A stretch of DNA of 64,000 nt from Dipteris shenzhenensis (lineage: Eukaryota), in NCBI GenBank assembly GCA_047967505.1, contig CM106538.1, one strand, 5' to 3'. Below, in pieces: positions 22,311 through 35,500 of the stretch. The position numbers were made by a program, and so were the translations under genes. The notes under the pieces are model-generated. The model was not told the origin of the DNA and made no database searches. It saw nothing but the letters and a program-made list of their open reading frames with translations. Within the stretch, counting starts at the first letter, position 1. Each line of letters starts with the position of its first letter.

Positions 22311-25300
22311 ATGGTGAAGATTCCAATGTTTCGAGGGACCTAAGGGGAAGACCCGGAGTCTTATCTTCGGGATTTTGTTCGAGGATGCCGACTTTCTAGA
22401 TGGTCCATGAAGGATCAGGCAGAGATTTTGCCTGATTTTCTTGAAGGTGTAGCCTTGAGTTAGCATGAGACCTTGCCGGACTCTACCAAGGAGGACTGGG
22501 ACCAAGTGGTGGCAGCAATGAAGCAGAGATTTGGGGCAGTGGAAGTCACCAAATGCTTTGATGTTGCAGTTGGACCGGTTCTATCAAGGAGAGGGTGAGT
22601 TGGTCTCTGCGTTGGCAATCCGATATGAAACTTTATGGACAAAGTATGAAAGGGCAGCTTTGCGAGCTATGGCATCTGCATCATCGGCCCCTCAAAGTCT
22701 CTCAGGGATGGAGCACTTAAAGATGAGCAAATTTGTTATGGCTTTGGAGCCTCGTCTTCGCTCAAAAGTAATGAGTAAAGATCCAACAACATACGTGGAG
22801 GTGCTTCGCATTGCGACTAAGAAAGAAGCTTCTCTAAAGATCGAATCCTCTTTTGTGTCTTCAACAGCTTCAACTTCTAAGGTGGAGGTAATGGGCACTC
22901 CTCAGGTATCAAAGTCCTCTGAGTTAGATCATAATATCTCCCAATTGATGGCAGAGTTTGCTGATTTTAAATTGCATTTGGTTAATGCACGAAACCTAGA
23001 GCACCAAAGAGTGAAGATAGGCCTCAAGATAGGAGTGGGGTCACTTGCTATGAATGTAATGAAAAAGGTCACTATTGCCTCGAGTGTCCTAGATTGAGAA
23101 AGAAAGAAGAAAAACAAGTATCCTTGTTAGAAGCTTCTTCAGGGGATGAGGAAAGAGAGGTAATGATGGCTAAACGGGGGCATGGTAAAGCAAAAGAAGA
23201 AGGAGAAAGCAAGGAAGAAGTAGATGAGGAACATCAGGAAGAGGAACACCGTAGTAAGAAAAAGAAGGCATCTAGAAGGAGAATTAGCCAGTCAGACTTT
23301 CCTTTAGGACAAGGAATTGGAAGCTATGACTTGTTGCCTGACCTTAAAGAAAAGAAAGCTCATATCACCTTTGGTCAATTACTTGCTTTGTCTCCAAAAC
23401 TACGAAAGGAATGGGGAAAACTAGCAAGCACAAGAGTGTCAAAGAAGAAAAAGAAGAAAAGTGCCATTCCTATTGTTCAAAAGGTAGATATAGATGTTGG
23501 TGATGATGTACCTATGGTTGATGTGATCATTGATGGTCAAGTGATTTCTAATGTGTACATTGATGGAGGTGCATCGATTAATGTCATGAGTGAGAAGACC
23601 ATGATAGATGCTGATTTAAAATACTCTAGTACTACCTCTCCTTATCGCATCAAATTGGCTGACAACACTAGGGTTAAGACCTTGGGAGTTGTGAAGAATC
23701 TAGAAGTGGATGTATGTGGAATTTTTGTGCCGACTACTTTTCAGGTGATCCCTACCAAGCCAGATGCACGTGCCTATCCATTGATTTTGGGAAGGCCTTG
23801 TTTACGCAAGGTGAAGGCTGTTCAAAAGTGGGATACTAGAGAATTTATTTTGTAGGGAAATGATAAGAAGGTGCACTACAACATCAGAAGCCGCAAAAAG
23901 GAAGTTGTCAAGGAGGAGTCTTCAACATCAGAGAGTTCAAGCTCTGACTTAACCAATGAAGAAGAAGAGACAGGGTGTAGCTCCGAGGAGTCCAACTCAG
24001 AGGGTGAGGTGGAAGGAGTGGCCTTTGGTCTTTGTCTTGGTGCTGATTGGGATGAGTCAGGAAGGAACAAGGTGGTGGTGCAAGAAGATTTTGTAGAGAC
24101 ACTTCATGTGGAGGACGTGGAGCACACTAAATGACGCCAACGCAATGAAGAGCTTCTTGGTGATTCTCTATTAGGTAGTGAGAAGCTCCAGTACTTGGAT
24201 ATGCTAGATGATTTTCCATGTCTCTTTGCAACAAGCTATTCATAGGTTCGACCAGTCTCTCTTGTGGAGCACAAGATTGAGTTGAAGCCAGAAAGCAAGC
24301 CAGTTGTGCAACGCTTAAGGCGATTGGGGGTGATCCAAGCTGAGGCACTAAAGAAAGAGGTAACACAACTACTTGAGGCGAGATTCATCTTTCTTGTTGA
24401 TGATTCAGTATCTCCTGTAGTTGTCACACCAAAGAAAGGAAATAAGTGGCGAGTTTGTGTGGACTTTCGTCCTTTGAATGCATGCACTAAGAGGGATAAT
24501 TTTCCTTTGCCATTCCAAGATGAAATACTAGACCAAGTAGCAGGGCATGAGATGTATTCTGTATGTGATGGGTATTTTGGGTACTTTCAAATTCGTATTC
24601 GGGAGGAAGATCAAAAGAAAACATCATTTGTCACACCTTGGGGAGTTTTTGCTTACAGAGTGATGCCTTTTGGGTTGACCAATGCACCAGCTACATTTCA
24701 AAGGTTCATGAGTCAAGTTCTTGAGCCTTACTTGGGAAAGTTCATAAGGGTGTTTTTGGATGATTTTTGCATTTATTCTTGGCGCATAGATCACATGGAG
24801 AAGTTAAAGATGGCCTTAGCTAGGATTGATGAAGCAAAAGGGTGTCTAAATCCTAGCAAGTGTCATTTGGCTCAAACAAAGTAGTCTTGTTGGGGCATAT
24901 TGTGTCTGAAGAAGGCTTGCAAATGGATCCTGACAAGGTTCAAGCAATCATGGCATTGCCAAGTCCTAAGAGTGTCATTGGTGTTCGTAGAATTCTAGGA
25001 AAGAGCAAGTATTATCAACGCTTTTGTGATGATTTCACAGAGATAGTGCATCCCATGAACTTGTTGACAAGAAAAGGAGTCTCTTTCCAATGGGGTGTGG
25101 AGCAATAAGAGTCTTTCTAGCAACTTAAGGAGGCCATGAGTAAGGGCCCAATATTGAAGCCCCCTGATTGGTCTCAAGACTTTATGTAAATCCAAGTGTA
25201 TCTTTGCATTCAGTTGGTGCTGTATTGCTACAAAAAGGAGAGGCAGGTAGAATGCAACCCATCTATTATGCCAACCGACAGCTTACAGATGTGGAAACAA

Positions 25301-27294
25301 GGTATGAAGAAATGGAGCAGCAAGCTCTCTCTTTGGTGTTTTCAGTCAGAAAGTTTCGCTCCTATTTATTACCTCGACCATTTTTCTTCCTTACCTCTCA
25401 GTCTGTATTAGCATATCTAGTTCGCAAGCCTAATCCTGGGGGGAGATTTGCAAAATGGTTGTCAGAGCTTCAAGAGTTCTCTTTCTCTTTTGTCACTGAA
25501 AATACCACTAGGTCCAATAGGGCAGATTTGCTCACAGGACGGGAGGATCTAGGAGAAGAAAAGAAATGTAAGGAGAACATTAAAGATGAAAGGGATACAC
25601 CACCAACAGCTTTTGTTTTGTATTTTGATGGGGCTTTTAGTCCTTCATGCCAACAAGGAGCCGGGGGGATATTCTTGATGAATCCTGAAGGTCAAGAGGT
25701 ATGGGCAAGAGGACAAGAGCTTCTAGGTATCACAACTAACAATGCAACTGAGTATAATGCTTTGATTCTTGGTTTGGAGGGTTGTCTTCAAAGTCAAGTT
25801 AAAGAATTGGAAGTAAGAGGAGATTCTCAGCTTATTATAAAGCAAATGCAAGGGCATTACAAGACAAGAAGTCCTCATTTGAAGGAGCTTAATCAAAAGG
25901 CTATGGCACTATGTAGTCAGTTTGATTTTTGCAAGTTTGTTCATTTAAACAGAAAAGAAAATCAAAGGGCAGATGAGTTAGCTACTCAAGCCATTGTAGT
26001 ACAAGACCGGGGGGTGGTTTCTTTGGTAGACATTGGATGGCCAGAACTACAAGATGTTCAGCAATATGTGGAAGAAGGCATGTTTCCTCGAGGGTTAACT
26101 CCACAACAGAAGCAGAGATTGGTAAGGAAGGCTTGTCCCTATACTATTGTTGATGACATTCTTTATAAATTGGGAAAAGATAAGGTGCTCCGTTGGATGG
26201 TCCATCCCATGGAGACTAGGAGAATCCTAGAAATGTGTCGTGAATGCTCTGGTCATTTTGCTTCAGCAAGCACAACTAGGAGAATTCTTAATGCAGGATA
26301 CTTTTGGCCACGCCTCCATAAGGATGTATATGAATGGTGTCAAAGTTGTAAAGTATGCCAAAAGTTTGGAAGGCGACACTTGATTCCTGGGCCCTTGAAG
26401 CCTATTCTAGCATATGGACCATTTGAGAGGTGGGGGTTGGACTTTGTGGAACCACTCCCTCACTCATCTCAAGGCAAGCATTATTTATTGGTGGCCACAG
26501 ATTATGCGACTCGATGGGCAGAGGCCAAGGCCACAGTCAATAGCAAGGCAAGCACAGTTGCAAAATTTCTCTTTGATCAAATTTGTTCACGCTTTGGTTG
26601 TCCTTTGGAAATTCTCACTGATGGAGGAACCTCTTTTAGAAATGAACTAATTGAAGATGTGGTGCATAAGCTAAAGATAAATCATAGCATGTCCATGCCA
26701 TACTATCCTCAATGTAATGGCTTGGTTGAGAAAACAAATGGATTGTTGTGCAATTCAATGGGAAAACTTGTTGACACCAAGAAAAGGCATTGGGATAGGC
26801 ACTTGGCAGAAGTTTTATGGGCTTACAGAACCACACACAAGCTAGCTATTGGGTTTACACCATTCCAACTAGTGTATGGAATAGAAGCCATTTTACCCAT
26901 TGAATTGGAGATACATAGTCTTCGCACAGCTGTTGCAAGAATAGAAGGACAGGAGGATGCCTATGCTCAATGCTTGGTACAGCTAGAAGCCTTGGATGAA
27001 TGCAGATTATAGGCCTTACAAAACTTGGAATCTTCTCAAAGAAGGCGCAAGGCCCATTTTGACACCAAATTACGCAACAAGAAAGATATTGCAGAAGGAG
27101 ATTTGGTAATGAGATTTGATAGCCGTCTGGACAAGCGGCTAGACAAAAAGTTTATCGGCCGATGGAAGGGACCATATCGAGTCAAAAAGAAGTTCACGAA
27201 TGGAACCTTTCAGCTTGAGGATGTTGATGGCATGGTGATACCCGGACGCACCAATGAGTATCGCCTTAAATTCTTCTATGCTCGACCACCTTGA
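22311..27294 (+). pseudogene. gag-pol with stops and frameshifts
   Basis: Gag KIPMFRG..EDPESYL, knuckle CYECNEKGHYCLEC, protease IDGGAS, RT FLDDF, aRH YFDGA..TNNATEY..GDSQL..NQRADELA, INT WGLDF..TDGG..GPY. Confidence 0.93.
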
Positions 27295-27344
27295 GGGCCA
27301 GCAAACCCTCTCTATACTAGAGAGGATCTGCTGGGGGGGAAAGA

Positions 27345-29403
27345 TGTGACGCCAAAAATTGATATTTTTAACTTGGCATTGATATTGTTTTTCTTTATGT
27401 TTGATAAGGGTTTGAGTATCAAGTGATAGCCTAGCGGCTCTCACTTATTTCTATATTCTATGATATTGTATGGGATTGAGAGAATGAGTGGAATGGCTCA
27501 TTGTAAATACCATAGGTATGAATTATAAATACCTTGGTATGGGGTGAGAGTTATTTGTGTATGGGATATTATGAGTTTTTTAGAAAATAGGAAGAGTGGG
27601 TCATATAAAGCGGTGGGCTCATGTCCATGTGAATATAAGAGAGGCCACATGCTAAGAGTGTGGAAGGCATGTGGAGGAGTGTGAAGTCAAGAGGAATCCT
27701 TCTAGAACTCCTATGTGGAATAAGGAGGATGTGGACATGTGGAAAAGAGAGGGTCCCTATGGGCTCCATGTGGGGAGACTCTTGACTTTCTCAATATTTT
27801 AAGAGCCTTGAGCATCTTTTGATGGGACACATGGCAAGAGTAGCCAAAAAGGACATGGATGGGGACATATGTGCTTATGTGATTGATGGGGAAAGGAATC
27901 TACAGGCAGCAATTATAAATGGGTGAAGGAGGGTAACAAAATCTCTATAAAAGGAGCCCTCCTCTTCCTTGTTCATCAATCTCTTCCACCATTAGGCCTC
28001 ATGTTGCTATAGCTCTAGTCTCACCAAGCCTCTTTCATGAGCCTTCTCTCCCTCTTGTAGATATTCTCTTATGTAGACTCTTGAGTCCTTCTCTCTCTAG
28101 TTTATTCTCTCTCTATGAGTAGTCTTGGAGCTTCCGCTCCCTCTTGTATGTATGAAACCTCTTCTTATCCCTTGTGTTTGTAGTGTTGGAGTGGATTCTC
28201 ACTCTATTTGTAATGAAGGTCACTTCAGGTTCTCTCTCTCTTGAGTGTCTCTTCCCTTTTCTTTCTTTCAAAGCCTTAAAAGTTCTTTCTATTCGGCTGC
28301 TCACTGTGCATACATGGTCCATTTGTTTCTCGAGCCACCAAGCAAACTTCTTCCCCTCTTCTAGGCAAAATCTATTAGGGGTGGATCGTTGATGAAGGTA
28401 GAGTCTTGAGGGAGCATCCTGCTCAGGCGAAATTAGCCTGGGTGGAGGGTAGTTTTCATGACAGTTTGACCCCCTGTTAGTATTTTACTCATAACTTTGC
28501 GCTTGGTAGTCCGATTGTAATGAAATTTATATCACGACAAAGCTCTTTCAAGATGCATGTTTCTATATAATCAGATCTTGAATCAGATACTACGGCAAAA
28601 AGTTATGAGTCTCTGTGTTTGACAGTCTGTTTTCATGACAGTTTTTTATCCCCGTCTAGTAAACTATCCATAACTTTTTGGCCGCTTCTCTGTTTCTTAC
28701 AAAACATACATCACCACGAAGCTCTCTTTAAGGAGCATGTCTCTATGTGCTTAGATCTTGAATCAAATACTGCTACAAAATGTTATGAGTCTCTGTGTTT
28801 GACAGTCTGTTTTCATGACAGTTTTTACCCCCCTTCCAGTAAACTGTCCATATCTCTTCAACCGTCCATCTGTTTTCAATGAAACTTATATCAGCGCGAA
28901 GCCCATCTCAAGACGCATCTTTTTGTGTGCTTGAATCTTTGATATCATGTCTCTATTGAAAGTTATAAGCCTCTATGTCTAATGATAGTTTGTAGAGTGT
29001 TTTGAGTTAAGTGTAAAGGTGTCTGAAGGAGGTGCAATGTTTCCTCAGAATCTACCCATCCGACCTAATCAGCCCCTTAAAACTCCTCGATATATATCAG
29101 GTCATGTCATGTTGAGCCGCAAGATCTTCTTTCAACAACGTATCGCTCTTCTCTTTGGCACAGACCGGCTCACTGAGATTATGGCCTCTGTTGATCCTTT
29201 CCTTCTCCCTAATGATTATAACGTCACTTGGGATATTACCATCTTCATTCTCATGTGAGGGAGGAAAGTATGGTGTGGTATCTTGGCATAAAAGCTTCTT
29301 TCTAATGTCCTGTTCTCAATGATAAATATCTTTGGCTATCAGTTCGAAAGCAGCAGGAAGTGAAGAGGTGCGTGAAGTTTATTACCCCCAACCTCATGTC
29401 ACA
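27345..29403 (+). repeat. 3' LTR (2059 bp), preceded by the PPT gggggggaaaga (27333-27344)
   Basis: TGTGACGCC...ATGTCACA, matching the 5' LTR. Confidence 0.95.
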
Positions 29404-29800
29404 GTGCCTATTTCAACATGCCCCAATAAGGTAAGCCTTCCATCTCATAAGTGGTTTCAGGAAGGTCTTGAACTGAGGGGTGGTCGGCTTCTAATAAGAA
29501 AAGGTCAAGCAAAGTGAGATCGGCCATGTTCTCATTTTGGTATCCGGTATGGACCCTGGGTCCCCCTAAGACCTCAGGTTGTTGGTGGTGACTCTCCTCA
29601 AGTTCAGCAATGTCTATGTCACTTTCTTCTAAATCACTATCACCATCAGTTTCTTCTTCACTAGTGTTACTGTCTTCTATATGACCATCATTGTACTCAA
29701 CAGTACCATGGTTGTACATTGTAGTACTATCATTGTACTCTAGAGTACCATTGGTGGGTTGTGCAATACCATTGTACTCAACAGTACCATGGTTGTACAA
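29404..29800 (-). mobile_element. Upstream continuation of the host Gypsy polyprotein (acidic linker before RT)
   Basis: Removing 18782-29403 and one GTGC joins ORF 29408-29800 in frame to ORF 18449-18721. Confidence 0.8.
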
Positions 29801-29804
29801 ATTT

Positions 29805-30187
29805 ATATATCTTTAGATAAGGAGGCAGGTGTATGATCATGGTCCTTTATGTGGACGACTTTGTCATAACAGGGAACCATGAAGAGAAGATCTCGCAGAC
29901 GAAGCATTTGCTAGGAAGAGAGTTTGAAATGACAGACCTCGGACTGATGCATTTCTGTTTGGGGATTGAAGTTTGGCAGGAGCCGAAACAGATCTTCATT
30001 TCATAGTTGAAGTATGCTTGAGAGATACTGAAGGCATTTGTCATGGCTGAGTGCAAGACAATTGGTACCCCTATGGAGGTTGATGCAAAGCTCTCAAACG
30101 AGGATTCATCACCACTGGTGGATGAAGCAACGTACGGAAGGCTTGTGGGCAGCTTGATTTACCTGTGCAACACACGGCTGGACTATT
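29805..30187 (+). mobile_element. Copia RT fragment
   Basis: Translates VLYVDDFVITG..FEMTDLG..LGIEV..YGRLVGSLIYLCNTR. Confidence 0.9.
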
Positions 30188-31380
30188 GACCTCCCCAGTC
30201 CATTGTACCAAATCAGATCTTCAAGCTAGTAGCTCTTCACCTAGTATCTATCTAGATCGCCATCTAAACTCCACTGTGGGAGCGCATGGGTGGATGAGCC
30301 ATCATCTGTACTACAACAGTATTGAAGGAAAATTTTGTTCCTCTCTAGTTTGCTGCGTACTCTCTATTCTTTGTTCAGTTTCTGTTCCACTGTGGTGTGT
30401 AATTTAACATGGTATCAGAGCCTAGGTGGCTCTAAGGAAGAATATAAGAGAGGCGAGGGCTTCAACAGCATACGAAGTGATGGCAATAGGAAGCAGCACG
30501 AGTTCAACCGTTGCTGCTACACAAACAATCCAGGCGTTCAGGATTCACCCACTAGCCTTCACTGAAGGCAAGTTAGAGGGTACGGACTACACTCTGTGGA
30601 AGTTTAAAATTACTACGATTCTGGATTCATATGAGCTTCTGGAGACAGTACTGGGGACTGACCTAGAACCACAAGGAACCCCCGACCCAACAAATCCACA
30701 GAGTATGATACCTCCTAATGCCAACCTTCTACGAGCTTGGAAATGTAGGAATGCAGATGCTCTGTGTGCCCTAGTTACAAGTACTACTGATAGTGTTTTG
30801 ACCTTGATTCATCATACATCTAAGGTAACTGTGCCCTGGAACATATTGAAGAGTCAATATGAGACGCGGAGTCAGACAAGGATCTAGAACCTGGAGAATC
30901 AGCTCGCAGTGAGAAGTTTAATGAAGGAGAGAGCAGAGGCATTCATAATCCGAATCAAAAATTTACGTGACCAAATGGTTGGTGTTGGGATACAAAAGAC
31001 TAGCAAAGAGCTAGCTCGGCAGTGTCTCCGGATATGTCCGCCAAGGCTTGATGGACTAGTAACAGCACTTAACACTTAGGTGAGACCCCAACCATTGTCA
31101 TTTGAGGAATTCTGTGCTTTACTTATGGAGGAGGAATTGAGGCTTAAAGCTCGAGATGGAGGCGACCATGGGGATGATGCATTCTCTACCACTACGAAAG
31201 GCAAAGGTGATTCCTCCACCAAAGGTGAGTCCTCTACCAGTGGTGACAAAAAGAAGTAGGGTGGCAAGAAGAAGTTTCAGGGAGAATGCTTCTAATGCAA
31301 GAAGAAGGGCCATGTGATTGCAGATTGCTGGGTCAAGAAAGCAGATGAAAAGAATGGTACCCTGAAGATAATAGATAAGG
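30188..31380 (+). mobile_element. Copia LTR remnant, tRNA-iMet PBS (30410-30422) and degenerate gag
   Basis: ...TTAACA then TGGTATCAGAGCC; gag KLEGTDYTLWKFKI; knuckle CF*CKKKGHVIADC near 31290-31330. Confidence 0.85.
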
Positions 31381-32253
31381 AGACAGGATCCACTTACCTG
31401 CTACCACCATCCAAACAAACCTAGTTGTTATAACAACATAGATTTGTGAGGGAAGATAGGTAATGCATGTGTATCCTAGCTTGTATCGCTTATACCAAAG
31501 ACCAAGACCCCCAACCAGATTCTAAAGTAGCATCACAATTTTAAAATTGTGGGGCAACTTAATCCACTCCATTCTAGTGCATCTATGGACCAACAAGTGG
31601 TGAAGTCATCACCCTTTAGTGAGTTGTAACTAATATGAGACAATGTTGTAAATTAATTACCTAAAGAAGGAAACAAATTAAAGGAAACCTAAGAAGGGAA
31701 ATGAACAAGGAAACAAAATAAAGGAAACATAAGAAGGGAAATGAAGAAGGAAAACATTTAAGGAAAATAAAGATGGGAATTTTTTTAGAAAAACTACAAA
31801 ATCATCGAAAGGGAAAACATACAGATAACCAAACATTAAATGAGTAACAATATGCCACAATTTGAAAGAATAAAAAACTAAGAAAATGACACAATTTGAA
31901 AAACCAAAATCTACTACCAATAGAGAGGAATTGTATCCTAAGAAGAAATAATGAGAAAAGACATGAAAAACAAAATAACAAGTGTGGAGCTAATTAACCA
32001 GAAATAATTAAAATAAGAGGGAGATAAAGAAAATTATCAAAAGAAAAATATCATTTCAATTATTTAGAAGAAATTGATGCAAACATGGAAAATCTATACA
32101 TAACTATTGAAATAAAGATAAATTTAAATATATAAAGGGAGAGTAAATTTAAAGATAAAGAGAATAATTATAAAAGAGAACAAAATACAAAAATAAGGAC
32201 ATCAGGGAATCTAGAGATGATCAAGAGAATAAGAGGTTTTTATAGGATAATGA

Positions 32254-32256
<3 letters not shown>

Positions 32257-32288
<32 letters not shown>

Positions 32289-34083
32289 AAAAATAGAAAC
32301 TTATAAACAACATGGCACACGATGCTCAGAAAAAGGTGAAAAAAACTTTAACTTGAAATATGGATTCTCATGAGTACAACTGGTAAAAAAGTGTTGAATC
32401 CGTCCAGTAGTCTAGGTTCCGAGGTCGGGGTCCACTTACCTACCACCATCCAAGAGAAACTAGTTGTTAGAACAACATAACTTCAAGTGGGTAGATAGGT
32501 AATGCATGTTAACCCTAGCTTGTTATTGCTTTTACCAAAGAACAAAAACTACCCTGCAAATTCTAAAGTGATAAAGTACGACTATTATATAAAGATTATA
32601 AAAAAGGATGGTATCAATAATTGTGAAAACCTAACACATATCTTTTCATTAAGGGATAAGGAAATAGTTGCCAATGTCATCCCGAAAGGAAATAAGGTAA
32701 CTTTAAAGTAAAACGTTAGGACCATATTGCATAGAGGTTGATTAATAAGCTGTTAGTTCCACATACACATAAAATTTTAGAAAAAGGTTAGATAGATAAT
32801 AATTGGGAAACCAAGAAATTTAAATGAAATGAACACAATTATTATAATTTAAGGAAGCTATACAATATTAAGTACAAAGATCATTAAGAAAAATTTAGAA
32901 AGGAAACCTTTAAGTAACATAGAGGAAAATAAAGGTTAGAATTATTTGGAAAAAGAAATAAATTGAATGAACATATGGTTTAATAAAGGAAATGTAAGCA
33001 ATAAATTTTGATGAAGTGCTTCTAAAGCTATAAACACTTCTTTAAGCAAACCAAAGGATTAATTATGAAAATAAATAAGGAAATATATGTATTTAAAAGA
33101 GTATGTAAGTGAGCCCTATATATATATATATATATAACTATGCATATCAATATAAATACGCGCATGTATATAACTATGCACAAGGAGCACCATTGTCCGG
33201 CCGAGGCATGCAAGTGATAGATCATCGTCCAAAGGTATGGAGGTGATCTGCAGTGACGTAAGGAGAGGAAGCAATCCAAAGGCTACGAAGGTGAGGGAGG
33301 AGTCATCGCAGGCACAGACAAGAGTACGTGATGGAGACCGCGATGATAATCTAGAAGGAAGAAAGAAGAGACGACCGTAAACTGGCAACTACAGGGAGTA
33401 AAGAGGAACCAGTAGAGCCAAGGAGAATACTGAGCACGAACTGAGTTTGAAGGAACAGTGCAAGCAGAGGCTCCCACTCTAGCACTTAATTAGTGAAGCC
33501 AAGAGAGAGCACAAGCAAAAGCTTGTGATGAATAGAGAAGCGAAAAGAGTCACATGATCTGTCGTGCGAAAACACGTAGATCAGTGAGCCGTAAAAGGGT
33601 TTAAAAGGGAGGCCAAGTCCGCCATGTACCGAGACGGTTATAAGTAGCTTCATTGTCAAAGGGAAACATCACAAGAGGCCCTGAGGAAAGCAACGCTAAG
33701 AGGCACTGAGAAGAAGGCAAGAGGAGGGTTGGCGAGCCATATCGTTAGACCTGAGTGATGGTAAAGCATGGAGCAGAGAAGGGTTGTGATAAGAGAAAAG
33801 CACCTACATGATGGTCGAGACAAACGTGGAGACTGGGGGAGAGGATAAGCTACAGCAAGGGAAAAAGGTCCATAAGGGAACTATGACTACAAGGACTCAA
33901 GCTAGAAGGGAGTGCAGGGAGGAGAAGACGAGCAGCAAGAGTGGAGAGGCGAACAAAGATCATGCAATTTGTAGTTCTACTAGGCAGACTTAGAGAACCA
34001 CTCCATAGATACGAGAGCGACTGGTTTCTTTCCATCAAATAAGAGAACTGCCTTGAAGTGTCATAACTCACTCCGCTGCCAAC
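32257..34083. repeat. ~1.8-kb dispersed repeat, copy 1; starts in (TG)n and has an internal (TA)n
   Basis: Colinear with 35501-37340. Confidence 0.9.
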
Positions 34084-34934
34084 CTAGGTATGCATGAGCT
34101 TCTTCATAAGTGTACGTTATCTCTTTGCCTAACCTTGGGCAGTCCTTTAGGCCAAATTTTTGCACTTTATAACCCATTAGTAGATTCTTTTTATAACCAC
34201 ATTATAATAAAAATATACTACAGGTTAACAAAATTTGCAAGAGTTAAAAGAAATAAAACATAACTATATGGTCTAAATTTATATACGATGGGGGTTTAGA
34301 AGATAATTAAAGAGTAGCATAGAAGAAGATGATATTGTCTAAACCCAAGTATTAAGATTACACATTCTCCAAGGTCTTTCAATCGTCACTACATCATGTT
34401 CATGCTCAACCCCCAAGTTACTACCGTATATTGCAAAGCATGATGATATGGAATAATTAGCCATCAAAGCTGCAAGATTACCCCAACCAAGTACTTGGTC
34501 ATCCTAGTCATCTTTTACCATTCCACCAAATATCATTAAAGCATGCACCTAGTCTCATTCGTCCATCAAAGTAAAGGTACCCTGTATCTAATAAGAAGGG
34601 GGGAGTAAAGGAATGATAAATTAGGACAAAATAACCAATTAAAAAAACAAATATGGGAAAATTTGAAAACAAGGGTGTTTTTAATAGGAAATACATTTTT
34701 TAAAGGGGGTAAAGAAGGACGAAAAGAGAAAAAGAGGGTTTAAATTTGAGTTTTCATTTGGAGAAAGAGAGAGAGAGAGAGAGAGACACACACACACACA
34801 CACACACAGAGATTAATATATGTATAAATACACACATCTATACATATATTAAGAAGGGAAATAGATTTGACTAGGGATAAGTTAGGGTAGAGATTAAATG
34901 GGGGGGTTTTTAGATCCAAGAGAAGTAAGAGGAG
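34083..34934. repeat. Inverted copy of 534-1396
   Basis: Reverse-complement match, with (GA)n(CA)n at the position of the (CT)n tract. Confidence 0.9.
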
Positions 34935-35500
34935 GGGGGGGAAAAAGGGGGGGGGGGGGGGATGGGGATAATGTGAATTTCTAGATGTCAATAACTGTAT
35001 GAATATATGAAAGAGTGTAGAAATTGTGTGTGTGTGTGTGTGTACCCACCCTCACTCGAGGGGACACCACATGATGGAGGCAAGACTTCCATTAAGTGGT
35101 GTCCTGCCCCATACCAAAAAACCAAAGAGGAAGCCTTTATGTAAGTGTTGGCAAAAAAAGGGGGTTATATCATATTAAGTGGATATTTCTTTTATGATCT
35201 TTCAAGTTGTAATCTTCAAGTTGCTCAATGGAATAAGACACATCGTGGAATTTCCATAACTATTTGGAGACAATCACACACTAGGCATAACAATTACGTA
35301 GCTACATCAATTCCAACAAAAAGTAAAATCTGGAAGGGATACGTCATTCCTGAAGCAAGTCATACAAGAATCTCAATCCTGCACAACCCGATAAGAGTTT
35401 AATGAGCAACGTGGCACGTGGCATGTGTCATGCAGCTAACCACCCAAGGACTAGCAGCGTGACACATGGTTAACTCGGCCAAAGGTCAACAAGGTTTGGG

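Larger units (their letters stand above)
18782..29403 (+). mobile_element. Full-length Ty3/Gypsy element with an additional RNase H (Tat-like domain order), degenerate
   Basis: Two TGTGA...TCACA LTRs, PBS, PPT, gag-PR-RT-RH-aRH-INT, and GTGC flanking both ends. Confidence 0.95.
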
